DNA of 64,000 nt from Henriciella sp. (GCA_013213785.1 JABSPZ010000015.1:165-64164), one strand, 5' to 3'; counted from the stretch's first letter, positions 48,826-58,672 are shown. A program made the numbers and translations. The notes: generated by a model not told the origin, from the sequence alone.

Positions 48826-51381
48826 CTAGAACTTCGTTCGCAGGGTCACACCGTAAGTGGCAGGATCCTGCGTGAACTGACCACGTGCACGGTTGCCTTC
48901 GCCGCCGCGCAGCGGGATGTTAAAGGTCACGTTCTTCGTGATTTCATCCGTGACGTTACGGCCCCAGATTTCAACTGTCCAACGATCGTCTGGAGACGAT
49001 ACGCCAACCCGCAGATTGACCTTCGTGTTTGAGTCCTGAATGTCGCCGGGCAGCAGCACGTCAGAGAGAAGCTCTGTTGGCTGTGTACTGGTCCGACGAT
49101 CTGACTCATAGCGAAGGTTAGCATTTGCGAACCAGTTGAAGTTCTCAAATGTCGACTCATAAGTCGCACCCGCAACAATGACGTTTTCAGGCGCGTTGGT
49201 CAGCGTGTTTCCGCAAAGGTTCGCAGCATTCGGGTTGAACGCTGGATCTGCTGGATCGAGGACGTCGCAATTGTTTGGATAGCGAGCATCTGAATAGGTC
49301 CAGTTGAAGTTCGCCGACAGATTGTTTGTCAGCTGTGCTTCGGTCTCGACTTCGACACCTGTGGCTTTCGCTTTTCCGACGTTGAAGGTCTGGAAGCGAA
49401 TTCCGGTAAACTCAAGCACCTGGAAGCCTTCCAGATCCTGATGGAAGACCGCGACGTTTGCACGTGCACGACCATCAAACAGAGTTGATTTCAAGCCAAG
49501 TTCCCAAGCATCTACAAGCTCTGAGTCAAAGCGCGGATCTGCACCGCCTGCCGCAGCAGACGCATCCAGGTTAAATCCACCTGACTTAAAGCCATGCGTG
49601 AAGCCACCATAGACATTGATGTCCGGAGTGATCGAGTAGCCGAGCTTAACGGTGTAAACCAACTCTTCGTCGTCAAACGTGTCATCAAACTCTTGTGGGA
49701 GCAGTGCGTCCAGACCGCTGCCAGAGAACGCGCCGAAGAACGGACCGAAGTTCTCTTCGTTGAAGACTGGCGCTGCGAAGACGAAGCAGTTCAGAGCGAC
49801 GGAGGCACCTACAAGCGAGCTTGGAATTGCACCCGGGTTTGTTGCGAGAGTGTTGAACGTACCGAGACACGCGTCAAAGTTCCCATCGAGCTGCTCGAAG
49901 CTTCCTTCCTTGCTTTCTTCGACATAGCGAAGACCAACTGTCAGATCCAAGTTGTCTGTCAGTGAAAGGATGTTGTGGGTGAAGATTGAGAAAGACTCAC
50001 CCTCCTGAAGGAAGGCGTTGCTCGCAAAGTCACCGTTCGCGTCATTGCCGCCGGCAAAGGCAAGCAGGACGTTCGCCGGCTGTCCGAGAAGACCTGCGCT
50101 CACGCCGCTTTGATACTCATCCAAAAGCGTCAGTGACCCACGGGATTCAATCGTTTCGTCGGAGTAGTAGAGACCAACCAACCAGTCCAAGCGGTCGTCA
50201 AATGCGGCCCCCTGCAAACGAAGTTCATGCGTGATGGTTTCAATCTCGGTGACGTTTCCACCTGGCGTGAATGGGCTGCCTGGGGCGGCTTGCGCTTCAG
50301 GTGACCGGCCAACTGTGAAGATATCCAGGCTGGTATAGTCTGTGCTCCGGAAGGTTTCGTCTTCGAAGTCGCGATAAGCACCGATATACGTCAAATCACC
50401 GATCGGCGTGTCGACGTTATACTCTAGAGAGAAGCCAGTTTGCTCGAACGGATTGCCGAACTCACTGTCGTTTGAACGTAGATCCTCAAGCGCGTCAGGG
50501 CCGGTGAATGGTGCACCGCCATCTGCTGGAAGACCTGCAGGTCCGAAGAACCCGACAAACGCTGTGTCATTGTTCCAAACGGCATGACAGCATTGCTCAT
50601 TGGCTTCTGAGTAATCGAGAATGGCACGGACCGTACCCTTGTCGCCAAAGTCGCCATAGAGCTGGCCGCGGAATACAGAACGGTCACGGTCGTGGCTTTC
50701 TGTCCCGCCAATGCCCCGAATGAGGCCATCGCGTTCGCGGATTGCGCCCGAGATGCGCAAGGCAAGTGTGTCTTCGATCAGTGGGACGCTCACGCCACCT
50801 TGAACATTGACCAGATTATAGTTGCCGAGCGTAACGGTTCCGAAGCCTTCGAATTCCTCGAGATTTGGCTTCTTGGTTTTGATGTTCAACGCACCGGCAG
50901 ATGTGTTGCGTCCAAACAGCGTACCTTGAGGACCGCGAAGAACTTCGATCTGCTCAAGATCCATCAGGTCGCCAAGGGCAACACCAGGACGTGACAGGTA
51001 CACACCGTCGAGGAAAACACCGACAGAGCTTTCAAGACCGATATTGTTCCCGGTTGTACCAACACCGCGGATCCGGAGGGTTGTACCGCCGGTCGCCGTG
51101 TCCGAGCTATTCATGTTGAAGCTTGGCGCGACGCTATCGAGCGAGGTGACGTCTGCGACGCCCGAACGCTCCAGCGTTTGAGGATCGAGCGCGGTCACCG
51201 CGATCGGAACATCCTGGATACTCTCGGTCCGCTGAGTCGCGGTCACGGTGACTGTGCTTAGGCGACGATCTTCATCTGCGCCTGCAGCATCCTCCTGCGC
51301 CACTGCGGTGGGTGCAGCGACGGCAAGCGCCAAAACCGATGCGCCCGCGAGACCTATTTTACTCGTAAGTTTTGTTCTCAT
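48826..51381 (-). CDS. TonB-dependent outer-membrane receptor
   Basis: 851 aa. Signal peptide, plug-domain motifs (IEVLRGPQGTLFGRNTSAGALNI), long beta-barrel, and C-terminal ...YGVTLRTKF. Confidence 0.92.
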   Translation of the reverse strand: MRTKLTSKIGLAGASVLALAVAAPTAVAQEDAAGADEDRRLSTVTVTATQRTESIQDVPIAVTALDPQTLERSGVADVTSLDSVAPSFNMNSSDTATGGTTLRIRGVGTTGNNIGLESSVGVFLDGVYLSRPGVALGDLMDLEQIEVLRGPQGTLFGRNTSAGALNIKTKKPNLEEFEGFGTVTLGNYNLVNVQGGVSVPLIEDTLALRISGAIRERDGLIRGIGGTESHDRDRSVFRGQLYGDFGDKGTVRAILDYSEANEQCCHAVWNNDTAFVGFFGPAGLPADGGAPFTGPDALEDLRSNDSEFGNPFEQTGFSLEYNVDTPIGDLTYIGAYRDFEDETFRSTDYTSLDIFTVGRSPEAQAAPGSPFTPGGNVTEIETITHELRLQGAAFDDRLDWLVGLYYSDETIESRGSLTLLDEYQSGVSAGLLGQPANVLLAFAGGNDANGDFASNAFLQEGESFSIFTHNILSLTDNLDLTVGLRYVEESKEGSFEQLDGNFDACLGTFNTLATNPGAIPSSLVGASVALNCFVFAAPVFNEENFGPFFGAFSGSGLDALLPQEFDDTFDDEELVYTVKLGYSITPDINVYGGFTHGFKSGGFNLDASAAAGGADPRFDSELVDAWELGLKSTLFDGRARANVAVFHQDLEGFQVLEFTGIRFQTFNVGKAKATGVEVETEAQLTNNLSANFNWTYSDARYPNNCDVLDPADPAFNPNAANLCGNTLTNAPENVIVAGATYESTFENFNWFANANLRYESDRRTSTQPTELLSDVLLPGDIQDSNTKVNLRVGVSSPDDRWTVEIWGRNVTDEITKNVTFNIPLRGGEGNRARGQFTQDPATYGVTLRTKF

Positions 51382-51802
51382 TCGTTTACTCCCTTGTGCC
51401 GCTCTTTGTTGATCGGCTTATTTTATTTGCCACTTTAGTGTGATCACTCCAGCAACTCGGCCGGGCGGCGGTATCGCGTCGATCAGACCTAAATCGATCA
51501 AATCAAACGATTTTGCGACCACATTGGCGACGATTTAGAAGGGCTGAATACCGGTTGATCAAGACCATATCTGAAATTCTCTCTCAACAGTGCCAAAGAG
51601 CAACATCTACAGTCTGCAATACTGCCGCAAGGTCAGCTACGACTGCAGCACCAGGAGATTCAGGCGTTTTCAAGGTTTACGTCTATTTCCCACAATTTCA
51701 GCGCTCGTTTGGGATCACAAAAAAGTGTAGCCGGACTTCTGTTTTAGACATGGGCGTCAGAGCGTCCCAAAACGGGATCACTGTCACGGAAGGACGCTCA
51801 AA

Positions 51803-52401
51803 ATGGAATTCACTCAAAGCCGAACCGTAAAAATCATCGCGATCTTACTACTCCTCGCCGCAATTTCTCAGCCGATCTATACAGCGCTCTATCTCGGGGC
51901 GCCCGAAATTGACCGCAAGCTAATTTGGGGCATTGAGGGGCTCATCTTTGTCGTGCTTGCAGCTTTTTCTGGATCGGCTTTGGTCATGGCAAAGCGCTAC
52001 ACGCTGGGCTTCTCGGCCATTGCCTTCAGCGCGGCATTGAACGTTATTCAAGTCGGCGTTGGGGTCACGCAGTTCGACCCATTCCGCGAAGCCGCGACAG
52101 CCAACCCGGAACTTGGCGGTGTCGCTTATTCCGTCGTTGCGTTCTCATTCTTCGGCTACAATGCTGCCAAAATCCTTTGGGCCTCGCCGCGATTGTCTTT
52201 GGCATGGCGAAGATGAACCAGGGCGGAAGACTTGTCGGTGGGCTCACCGTTTTGTTTGGGGCGGCAGCATTCGCGACCAACTCAATCATTGTTGTGATCA
52301 GCCGCGACGGCTTCCTGCCTTCACCCATTGCTGGCGGCACCGGCGTTGTCGCAACGCTACTTTTAGCGCTTTGCCTCTTCAGCGTCGCCGACGACTCCTA
52401 A
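51803..52401 (+). pseudogene. Multi-pass membrane protein apparently split by a 1-nt deletion in a T-run near 52176-52178
   Basis: The 51803..52216 frame ends in non-hydrophobic WASPRLSLAWRR. The hydrophobic TM-like sequence continues in the other frame from 52177 (LGLAAIVFGMAKMNQGGRLVGGLTVLFGAAAF...). Confidence 0.45.
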
Positions 52402-52955
52402 GGTCTGAGTTTCACCGGGCGCCCGAGCAGGGCCGATATATCGGCGACGAGGTCTTCGTTGCTCATCGGCTCGCCTTGCCCGGTGGACAACTCTTCTGCG
52501 GCTTCAGCTTCGAGCGCCGCGAGATCTCGCGTACGCCGCGCCTTGACTTTCCAGGCTGCGATCAAACCGTCTGCGCGAGATCGATCACCCGCCTGCAAGG
52601 CATCACGCACGGCGTTTAAGATAGCTTTGGTGGTGAAGAGATGCTCCGTCTCGAGGTCGATTCCAGGCGGACGGCCTGAGCCTTTAACCCGGCCGCCAAG
52701 CCCCTGACGCAGCATAAACCGGCCGGACATCCCACTCGCTGTTCCGGCTTGGAGTTGCGCCCGCCCTCGTTTATCATTCGGGTTTAGATCTGTGACTCGG
52801 AACCCATAAAGCGCGGCCCAACGGCCATAGGTCGTTAGTGAAATTCCAAGGGCAGCCGGAATCTCGGTTGGTGTTTCACCTGCCCGCGCCCGGCGTTCAG
52901 CTTCAGCGGCCAATTGACGACGCGTTTCTATCGGGAGGCTTCGTAAATCTGGCAT
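52398..52955 (-). CDS. Hypothetical protein with an N-terminal HTH-like segment
   Basis: 185 aa. GETPTEIPAALGISLTTYGRWA resembles a transposase or terminase-small-subunit style HTH. The rest is Arg/Ala-rich. No family recognised. Confidence 0.5.
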   Translation of the reverse strand: MPDLRSLPIETRRQLAAEAERRARAGETPTEIPAALGISLTTYGRWAALYGFRVTDLNPNDKRGRAQLQAGTASGMSGRFMLRQGLGGRVKGSGRPPGIDLETEHLFTTKAILNAVRDALQAGDRSRADGLIAAWKVKARRTRDLAALEAEAAEELSTGQGEPMSNEDLVADISALLGRPVKLRP

Positions 52956-53084
52956 AGCCGATAGTTTAGATTGCCGCTGACCCCAGTCGGATTTTCAGTC
53001 ATCCCGAGCATGCGTCATTTGACGTATGTGCACGGCCCCAGCCTCTTATACGCTCCTCTCTACTAAACAGTCGGGGAGACTATC

Positions 53085-53867
53085 ATGACAGTGAAGAGAC
53101 TAAGCACGCTAACCGGAACTTTGCTGACGGCTGGGGTTGTGGCGAGCTGCGGTGGTGGCGGCGAGGCAAGTCCTTCCGATGCATCCGAACCGAGTGCTGC
53201 ACCCGCATCAAACCAAGCGGAATCAGAGGCCCCCGAAAGCTCGGCCGCGGCACCGCGCGAGCTTGATTACAGTCCGATCACGGCTTCTGGCCCGAGCGAT
53301 GCGCTCGCCCAGGTAAATGCCCGCGCCGAAATCCGGCGGATCGTAATTATGGAAACCGGTCAAGATATAGACGAGGTGCCGCTTGAAGCGAGTTGGCCTT
53401 ATGGAAATTGCACCGACGCGGCCTCGTTAATCCCGCCCCCTCTGAAAGGGTGGCGGCTGTTTTCAATGTCCGCTGGCGAGTGGCCGCAAGGTTCGGACTT
53501 CGCGCGAATGAGCTTCAGCTTCATCGAGGAAAACACATCCCCCGGCACCGCGGAATACAATGACACGAAGCAAGATATCGCCTTCTACATAAGCTCTGGC
53601 ACACCGAGCGTGGACAGTATGAAAGAGGCTTATTCCAACCCGCAACTCACATCCATGATGCTGGCGCCTGGGCCCTACAATTATCCGATCCAAAAGGCGC
53701 CAAAGGACTACCCAGGTCGTGCAGTGCTGCTCGGTGACTATTTTGTTCAAATCGAGGGAACCGGCAAAGACGTAGACGTCTATTTCGCCAAGGTCATCGA
53801 ATGCGGGATCGCAAGCGGCCTCGTGGCAGGTGGCGTAGACTTAACCACCCTCCGCGCGGAGCCATAA
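53085..53867 (+). CDS. Lipoprotein of unknown function
   Basis: MTVKRLSTLTGTLLTAGVVASC carries a lipobox. It is followed by GGGG and a Ser/Ala/Glu/Pro-rich linker. Confidence 0.6.
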   Translation: MTVKRLSTLTGTLLTAGVVASCGGGGEASPSDASEPSAAPASNQAESEAPESSAAAPRELDYSPITASGPSDALAQVNARAEIRRIVIMETGQDIDEVPLEASWPYGNCTDAASLIPPPLKGWRLFSMSAGEWPQGSDFARMSFSFIEENTSPGTAEYNDTKQDIAFYISSGTPSVDSMKEAYSNPQLTSMMLAPGPYNYPIQKAPKDYPGRAVLLGDYFVQIEGTGKDVDVYFAKVIECGIASGLVAGGVDLTTLRAEP

Positions 53868-53880
53868 TGCAAGCGGTGCT

Positions 53881-54153
53881 TTAGACCGTTTCGATCTCTT
53901 TTGGGGCTTCGGTCTTACGCTCTTCCTTCGCTTTGCGCGGCTTAGGGAGCAAGCGGAACCGGGTCTGGCACCAGGCCCAGCCGACGCCCACATCAAGCAG
54001 CGCGTCCCCGCGCCCACATGGGCACATGAACTCAAACACGCCCCAAACGGCATAGGTCTCGCCTTTCACCAGCGGCACCGGCTCGCCCGTGACGTGATTA
54101 GGAGAATCGTCGACACACAGGACGAGGTCGCCATCGTTTACATTATAAGACAT
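53881..54153 (-). CDS. Small hypothetical protein (about 90 aa) with a CPC motif and Lys-rich tail
   Basis: MSYNVNDGDLVLCVDD...FMCPCGRGD...KPRKAKEERKTEAPKEIETV. No family recognised. Confidence 0.35.
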   Translation of the reverse strand: MSYNVNDGDLVLCVDDSPNHVTGEPVPLVKGETYAVWGVFEFMCPCGRGDALLDVGVGWAWCQTRFRLLPKPRKAKEERKTEAPKEIETV

Positions 54154-54295
54154 GGCCGCTCCCATAGCACAGAGCACCCCCGCAGCCTATGGCCTAGAAA
54201 GAGAGACGTAGCGACAGCCTCGCCGCCAACTCTCTGCTTGCAAGCGCCAAGTCTTATTGAGAGACTGACCCAGCACAAACGGGAGAGGCCTCAAC

Positions 54296-55543
54296 ATGAC
54301 CCACACGCTTAGACTCAGATCTTTCGCGGCAGGGGCCGCGCTGCTCATCACCCTCCCCGCCTGCACCACGATCCCCGCTCCCTCGCCAAGCGCAGAGCAG
54401 GTCCACGCAAACGCCATCGTCCTCGACGCCCATGCCGATATCGCCCTGCCCGACACGTCCCCGCTCTATCTCGGCGCGGATGGCCAGTCCAAGGTCGCAA
54501 CCGACAAGCTCAAGGCTGGCGGCATGGACGCCGTCATCATGGCCCTCGCCACCGGACCGAAACCGCGCACCCCAGAAGGCCGCGCCCAAGGCGCCGCTGA
54601 GGTCGCCGCCAAACTGAGCGCCATAAAAGCCCGCGTCGCCGCCGATCCAGAGCGCCTCACCTTCGCCCGCACCGCCGATGAGGTCCGCGCCGCGCAAGCG
54701 CAAGGCAAAACTGCCATCATTCTCGGTTTCCAGAACGCCCTCGCCCTGGAGCGCGATGTCTCCCGCCTCGACGCCCTCTATGCCGATGGCGTGCGCGTGT
54801 TCGGCCTCACCCATATGGGCCACAATGATTTTTCAGACTCCTCACGCCCGCTCTTCAATGGCGAGACCGGCACCTATGAAGTCACCGAAGAGCATGGCGG
54901 ACTGTCGGAGCTCGGGCGCCAGGCCGTGCAGCGCATCGACGCGCTCGGCGGCATTGTCGATGTCTCGCAAATGTCCAAGGCCGCCACCCTGCAAGCCATC
55001 GAGCTGAGCGACACGCCGATCATCGCCACCCACTCTAACGCCAAACAGCTCTCAGACGTCACCCGCAACCTGTCCGATGAAGAGATTGACCGCATCGGCG
55101 AGACCGGCGGTGTCATCCACATTGCCGCCTTCAGCGCCTATCTGGCCGACCTGACCTCGCCAGAGAAGCGCAGCGCCATTTGCGACGTCCGCCTCGCCGC
55201 CGGCCTGCCGGAGACCTATTCCTACCCGTATGAGCTCTATTGGGAACTCGAAGACGAAGCCGAAAGGATCAGCTTCCTAACCAATATGCGCGAACTGGTC
55301 GGGCGCGAGGACGTCGCCCGCATGGTCGACCATGTGGACTATGTGGTCGGGCGCATCGGCATTGACCATGTCGGTATCGGCACAGACTTCAACCATGGCG
55401 GCGGCATTGTCGGCTTCACCGAAGCAGACAGCGCCCAAAACGTCACCGAAGAACTCCTCCGCCGCGGCTATTCTGCGAGTGATGTGGAGAAGATCTGGGG
55501 CGGGAATTTCCTGCGGGTGCTTGATGAAGCGAGCGGGCGATGA
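54296..55543 (+). CDS. Membrane dipeptidase (peptidase family M19), lipoprotein/secreted
   Basis: LDAHADI, IIATHSNAKQL..VTRNLSDEEI, GGVIHIAAF and HVGIGTDFNHGGG are M19 signatures. The N-terminal LLITLPAC is lipobox-like. Confidence 0.9.
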   Translation: MTHTLRLRSFAAGAALLITLPACTTIPAPSPSAEQVHANAIVLDAHADIALPDTSPLYLGADGQSKVATDKLKAGGMDAVIMALATGPKPRTPEGRAQGAAEVAAKLSAIKARVAADPERLTFARTADEVRAAQAQGKTAIILGFQNALALERDVSRLDALYADGVRVFGLTHMGHNDFSDSSRPLFNGETGTYEVTEEHGGLSELGRQAVQRIDALGGIVDVSQMSKAATLQAIELSDTPIIATHSNAKQLSDVTRNLSDEEIDRIGETGGVIHIAAFSAYLADLTSPEKRSAICDVRLAAGLPETYSYPYELYWELEDEAERISFLTNMRELVGREDVARMVDHVDYVVGRIGIDHVGIGTDFNHGGGIVGFTEADSAQNVTEELLRRGYSASDVEKIWGGNFLRVLDEASGR

Positions 55544-55658
55544 GACAGACGTTTCAAACTTTCTTAAACGGAACATCACGAAGTCATCGATCGCCAACAA
55601 AATCGAACATCAATCGGGCTGAATAATACATGGCCCGGCATCGTTCGATTATCAGCAA

Positions 55659-56597
55659 TCAAAGGACGCTGGAAAGCAGTGACTTTCCGTCTAAGAAATT
55701 CTCGACGTTCGACTGGGCCAACTGTGCTTGTGCGAAGAGCGTCTCAAAAGTTGCGCCGCCCTGATGTGGGGACAAAATGACGTTTGGAACGTCAGCCCAG
55801 CGGGCGCTATTGGTTGGTTCCGGATCAAATACATCCAGACCCGCACCGCCAATCCGATTCGATTTCAATGCATCAATCAACGCAGCCTCATCGACCACAC
55901 TCCCGCGTGAGACATTCACAAGAACGCCCTCGGGACCAAGTCGGTCGAGGATATTGCCATTGATCAGATGGCGCGTTGTATCGTCCGGGCGGCAGCAAAC
56001 CACCAGGCCGCGGCATTGATCTGCGAGGTCTTCGAGCGAAGCGACATAAGGCGTCTCGATTTCTGGTTTAGGACGCGGGCCCCACCATTTCACGTCAATG
56101 CCAAATGGCGTCAATCGTGCGAGCACTTCTTTACCGATCGAGCCGAGCCCGACGATCCCTACTGGCATGTTTCGGATCGAGTGACGGAGCGGCGGCGCTG
56201 CGCCGACCCACTGATCCGTCATGATATAGTCTTGCGTCTGCGGAATACGTAGGAGCAGTGAGGTCATTAGAGCGACGGCGAGATCGGCCACATCACCTGA
56301 ATTCATGCCTGGAGCGTTGGTGACCGCAATCCCGCGCGCGCGACACTCGCCGAGATCGATATTGCTAAATCCGGCGGATACGGATGCCACCATTTTGAGG
56401 TTGGGAAAGCGAGACAGCATGGCCTTGTCGAGCTTCTCAATACTGGCCGAGAGTAGAATATCGACATCGGTGCCATGGTTAGCGATCGTTTTCTCGACAT
56501 CTCCATCCGTCTCCAACCAGTTCCAACGTTTGGGTCGGTTCGGAAAGAGTGTGTGCATTTCGGAATGCATGGCGAGCACGGTGGCGTCGTGGGTCAT
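55659..56597 (-). CDS. D-isomer-specific 2-hydroxyacid dehydrogenase (glyoxylate/hydroxypyruvate reductase-like)
   Basis: VGIVGLGSIGKEVLARL is an NAD-binding motif. NVSRGSVVDEAAL, AGLDVF..EP and the SPHQGG catalytic His context are present. Confidence 0.9.
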   Translation of the reverse strand: MTHDATVLAMHSEMHTLFPNRPKRWNWLETDGDVEKTIANHGTDVDILLSASIEKLDKAMLSRFPNLKMVASVSAGFSNIDLGECRARGIAVTNAPGMNSGDVADLAVALMTSLLLRIPQTQDYIMTDQWVGAAPPLRHSIRNMPVGIVGLGSIGKEVLARLTPFGIDVKWWGPRPKPEIETPYVASLEDLADQCRGLVVCCRPDDTTRHLINGNILDRLGPEGVLVNVSRGSVVDEAALIDALKSNRIGGAGLDVFDPEPTNSARWADVPNVILSPHQGGATFETLFAQAQLAQSNVENFLDGKSLLSSVL

Positions 56598-56688
56598 TTA
56601 CGCAGTCTCATCTGAGGATAAGTAGGGAAACCCGCGCGCTCGCTTCGATTACTCGTCTCGAGCGCGCAGTTTCGATAGGCGGTTTGTT

Positions 56689-57864
56689 CTAGATGCTCAA
56701 ATCGAGCGCATTGTAATCGTGAAGCGAGGCCTTCGCGGCTTCATTCCATTCATAGGACAAGCCCTTCTCGACGAATGGCTGATACTCGTACGGCGTCTCA
56801 TTTGGGAAGCGCTTGCGCCGAGCATCAATACCGAAGCCGATCACCTCAGAACGTTTGGCAATCAGTTCCTCATCAAAGACCTGGACAGCGCTGTGCGTGC
56901 CCGCGCCGGTAACACCGAGGACTGAACTTCGACGGTGAAAGCCCATATTGACCGTGATGCGTGGCTCAAAGCCCGTATTCGCGAAAGAACCATGCACGAG
57001 CTGGCGATTGCACATCACAACGTCGCCGGCATCACAGACCAGCGGTACGGTGTCCGCAATCCGCTCGCTGCCAGACTCCGCAACCAATTGCTTGATATCG
57101 ACCTTGCCGAGCTTATGGCTGCCGGGCAGGACCCAAACCCCATTTACGGCGGTGCTGCCATAGACTTGGGCCATGAAGTTGAAGCCGTGAATGCCATCAT
57201 CAAAGTCTTCGCTGTCCCAATGCGTGGTGCCGTCCTGATGCCAAGACACGGCCGCGCCGATGCCGGGTTCTTTGATAAATAGGCTCTCATTGAACGGCGC
57301 GAAGTCTTTCCCGTTAATGTCCTCGGCCACCTTGAGCAATTGCGGATGTCCATAGACGCGCAGACAAGTTTCAGAAAACTGCAGCGAGCCGAGCAAAATG
57401 AACGGTGCAGCGGCGGGTGCGTCGTCGGCCGCTTTTGGCTCAAGCAGTTTTACCTGGTGGCGCCCGTTCGCGAGGGCAGAACCACCTAAAGGGTCGCCCA
57501 ATGGCTTTGACCAGACCAGCGTTGTGGTCTCACAATCTGCGCCAAGGGCTGGCGCTCCATCGGCTGTCAGTTTCTCGCCCGGTCCCACAGGGAACCGCTC
57601 TTTCATCTCGGCGAGGTCTTGTTTGATGTCGTCCAGCTCATCCTGATAAAGGACGCCCGTGAACACATAGAACCCATACTTCTTGTACGCGTCGACGATG
57701 TGACCCGCGAGATTCCCATCGGCGTCATATTCAATCGGCCCACGATTATCCAAAGCCATGGCGCGCTTGTGTCCGGAGATGAGATAATCCCGCATCGCAT
57801 CTGAATCATCTCCGTAATGTGCGGCGCATGCTTCGATGGACTCCATATAATGAGGGTCTGACAT
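56689..57864 (-). CDS. Phytanoyl-CoA dioxygenase (PhyH) family Fe(II)/2-oxoglutarate oxygenase
   Basis: 391 aa. WHQDG... (HxD iron ligand context), a later HGS.. and general PhyH-like architecture. The family call comes from motif memory. Confidence 0.8.
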   Translation of the reverse strand: MSDPHYMESIEACAAHYGDDSDAMRDYLISGHKRAMALDNRGPIEYDADGNLAGHIVDAYKKYGFYVFTGVLYQDELDDIKQDLAEMKERFPVGPGEKLTADGAPALGADCETTTLVWSKPLGDPLGGSALANGRHQVKLLEPKAADDAPAAAPFILLGSLQFSETCLRVYGHPQLLKVAEDINGKDFAPFNESLFIKEPGIGAAVSWHQDGTTHWDSEDFDDGIHGFNFMAQVYGSTAVNGVWVLPGSHKLGKVDIKQLVAESGSERIADTVPLVCDAGDVVMCNRQLVHGSFANTGFEPRITVNMGFHRRSSVLGVTGAGTHSAVQVFDEELIAKRSEVIGFGIDARRKRFPNETPYEYQPFVEKGLSYEWNEAAKASLHDYNALDLSI

Positions 57865-57884
57865 GTACGAATCCTCCCTTTTAT

Positions 57885-57915
57885 TTAACGTTGTTAAAAT
57901 TTAAACAGTGTTTAA
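57885..57915. promoter_or_regulatory. Two adjacent related palindromes, candidate TetR operators in the divergent PhyH/TetR promoter region
   Basis: TTAAC-GTT-GTTAA at 57885-57897 and TTAAAC-AGT-GTTTAA at 57901-57915, in a 89-bp AT-rich intergenic region. Confidence 0.4.
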
Positions 57916-57953
57916 TTCTTGTGTCAATTGGAAAATCGACCTAAGGATTCCAA

Positions 57954-58622
57954 ATGGCAGTCGAAACGCTCAGTTCACACGAAACAACGCGCTCAAAGAA
58001 TATGGCGAAACGCCGGGAGACGATCCTGCGTGAAGCCCACGCGCTTATTGCGGATGAGGGCTTTGAGGCTTTGAAGATTCGCGACCTTGCAGCACGCGCC
58101 GGTCTGACCGTGCCAACAATTTACAATCTGGTCGGCGGCAAGAATGAAATCCTAGCCGTCATCATTGAAGAAATGGTGGTGCAACTTCGTGCGATCCAGA
58201 ACGAGGCGAAGATTGACCCGGTCGAGAAGTCGTTTGCGAAGCTGATCAACGATCTCGCAGATCACTTTGCCACCAATGAAGCTTTCTTTCGTGCCGCCTT
58301 TATCGCCGGTGACCGTAGCGGACTGTTCGAGCAAAGCTCTGGCGAGGGGATCTTCGCACATTTCGTGCAGCAACCGATCGAAGCCTGCTCGCGGGCCGTT
58401 GAAGCGGGACTCCTGCGCGGTCAAATTGCACCGGAAGTGCTCGGCCCTCAGATCTACGGCTGCTATCGCTTGGCGAGACAGGATTGGGCGAACGGGTATT
58501 TCGATTTGGATGGATTTAGAAAACAGGCGCTGATTGGCGTGTTTTTATGCCTCGCCTCGGATGCTAAACCCGCCTTTCGAGAAAGACTGATGAGTAAGGT
58601 CGCAAGCCTGACGAGCGGCTAA
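57954..58622 (+). CDS. TetR/AcrR-family transcriptional regulator
   Basis: ILREAHALIADEGFEALKIRDLAARAGLTVPTIYNLVGGK is a TetR HTH. An AAGGA SD precedes ATG 57954. Confidence 0.85.
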   Translation: MAVETLSSHETTRSKNMAKRRETILREAHALIADEGFEALKIRDLAARAGLTVPTIYNLVGGKNEILAVIIEEMVVQLRAIQNEAKIDPVEKSFAKLINDLADHFATNEAFFRAAFIAGDRSGLFEQSSGEGIFAHFVQQPIEACSRAVEAGLLRGQIAPEVLGPQIYGCYRLARQDWANGYFDLDGFRKQALIGVFLCLASDAKPAFRERLMSKVASLTSG

Positions 58623-58672
58623 ACCAACCCAATCTACACGTCTATTTTTGCTCGCAATGCAGACACCTCCCC

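Noticed and set aside
51513-51830. 105-aa ORF in the long intergenic region upstream of the TonB-dependent receptor.
   Set aside because: No RBS, a Cys/Arg/Ser/Thr-rich product with no motif, and overlap with the start of the 51803 membrane-protein gene. It is judged non-coding.
54254-54823. 189-aa minus-strand ORF antisense to the M19 dipeptidase gene.
   Set aside because: Gly/Ala/Glu-rich off-frame product that lies entirely within a well-supported gene. It is a GC-rich antisense artefact.
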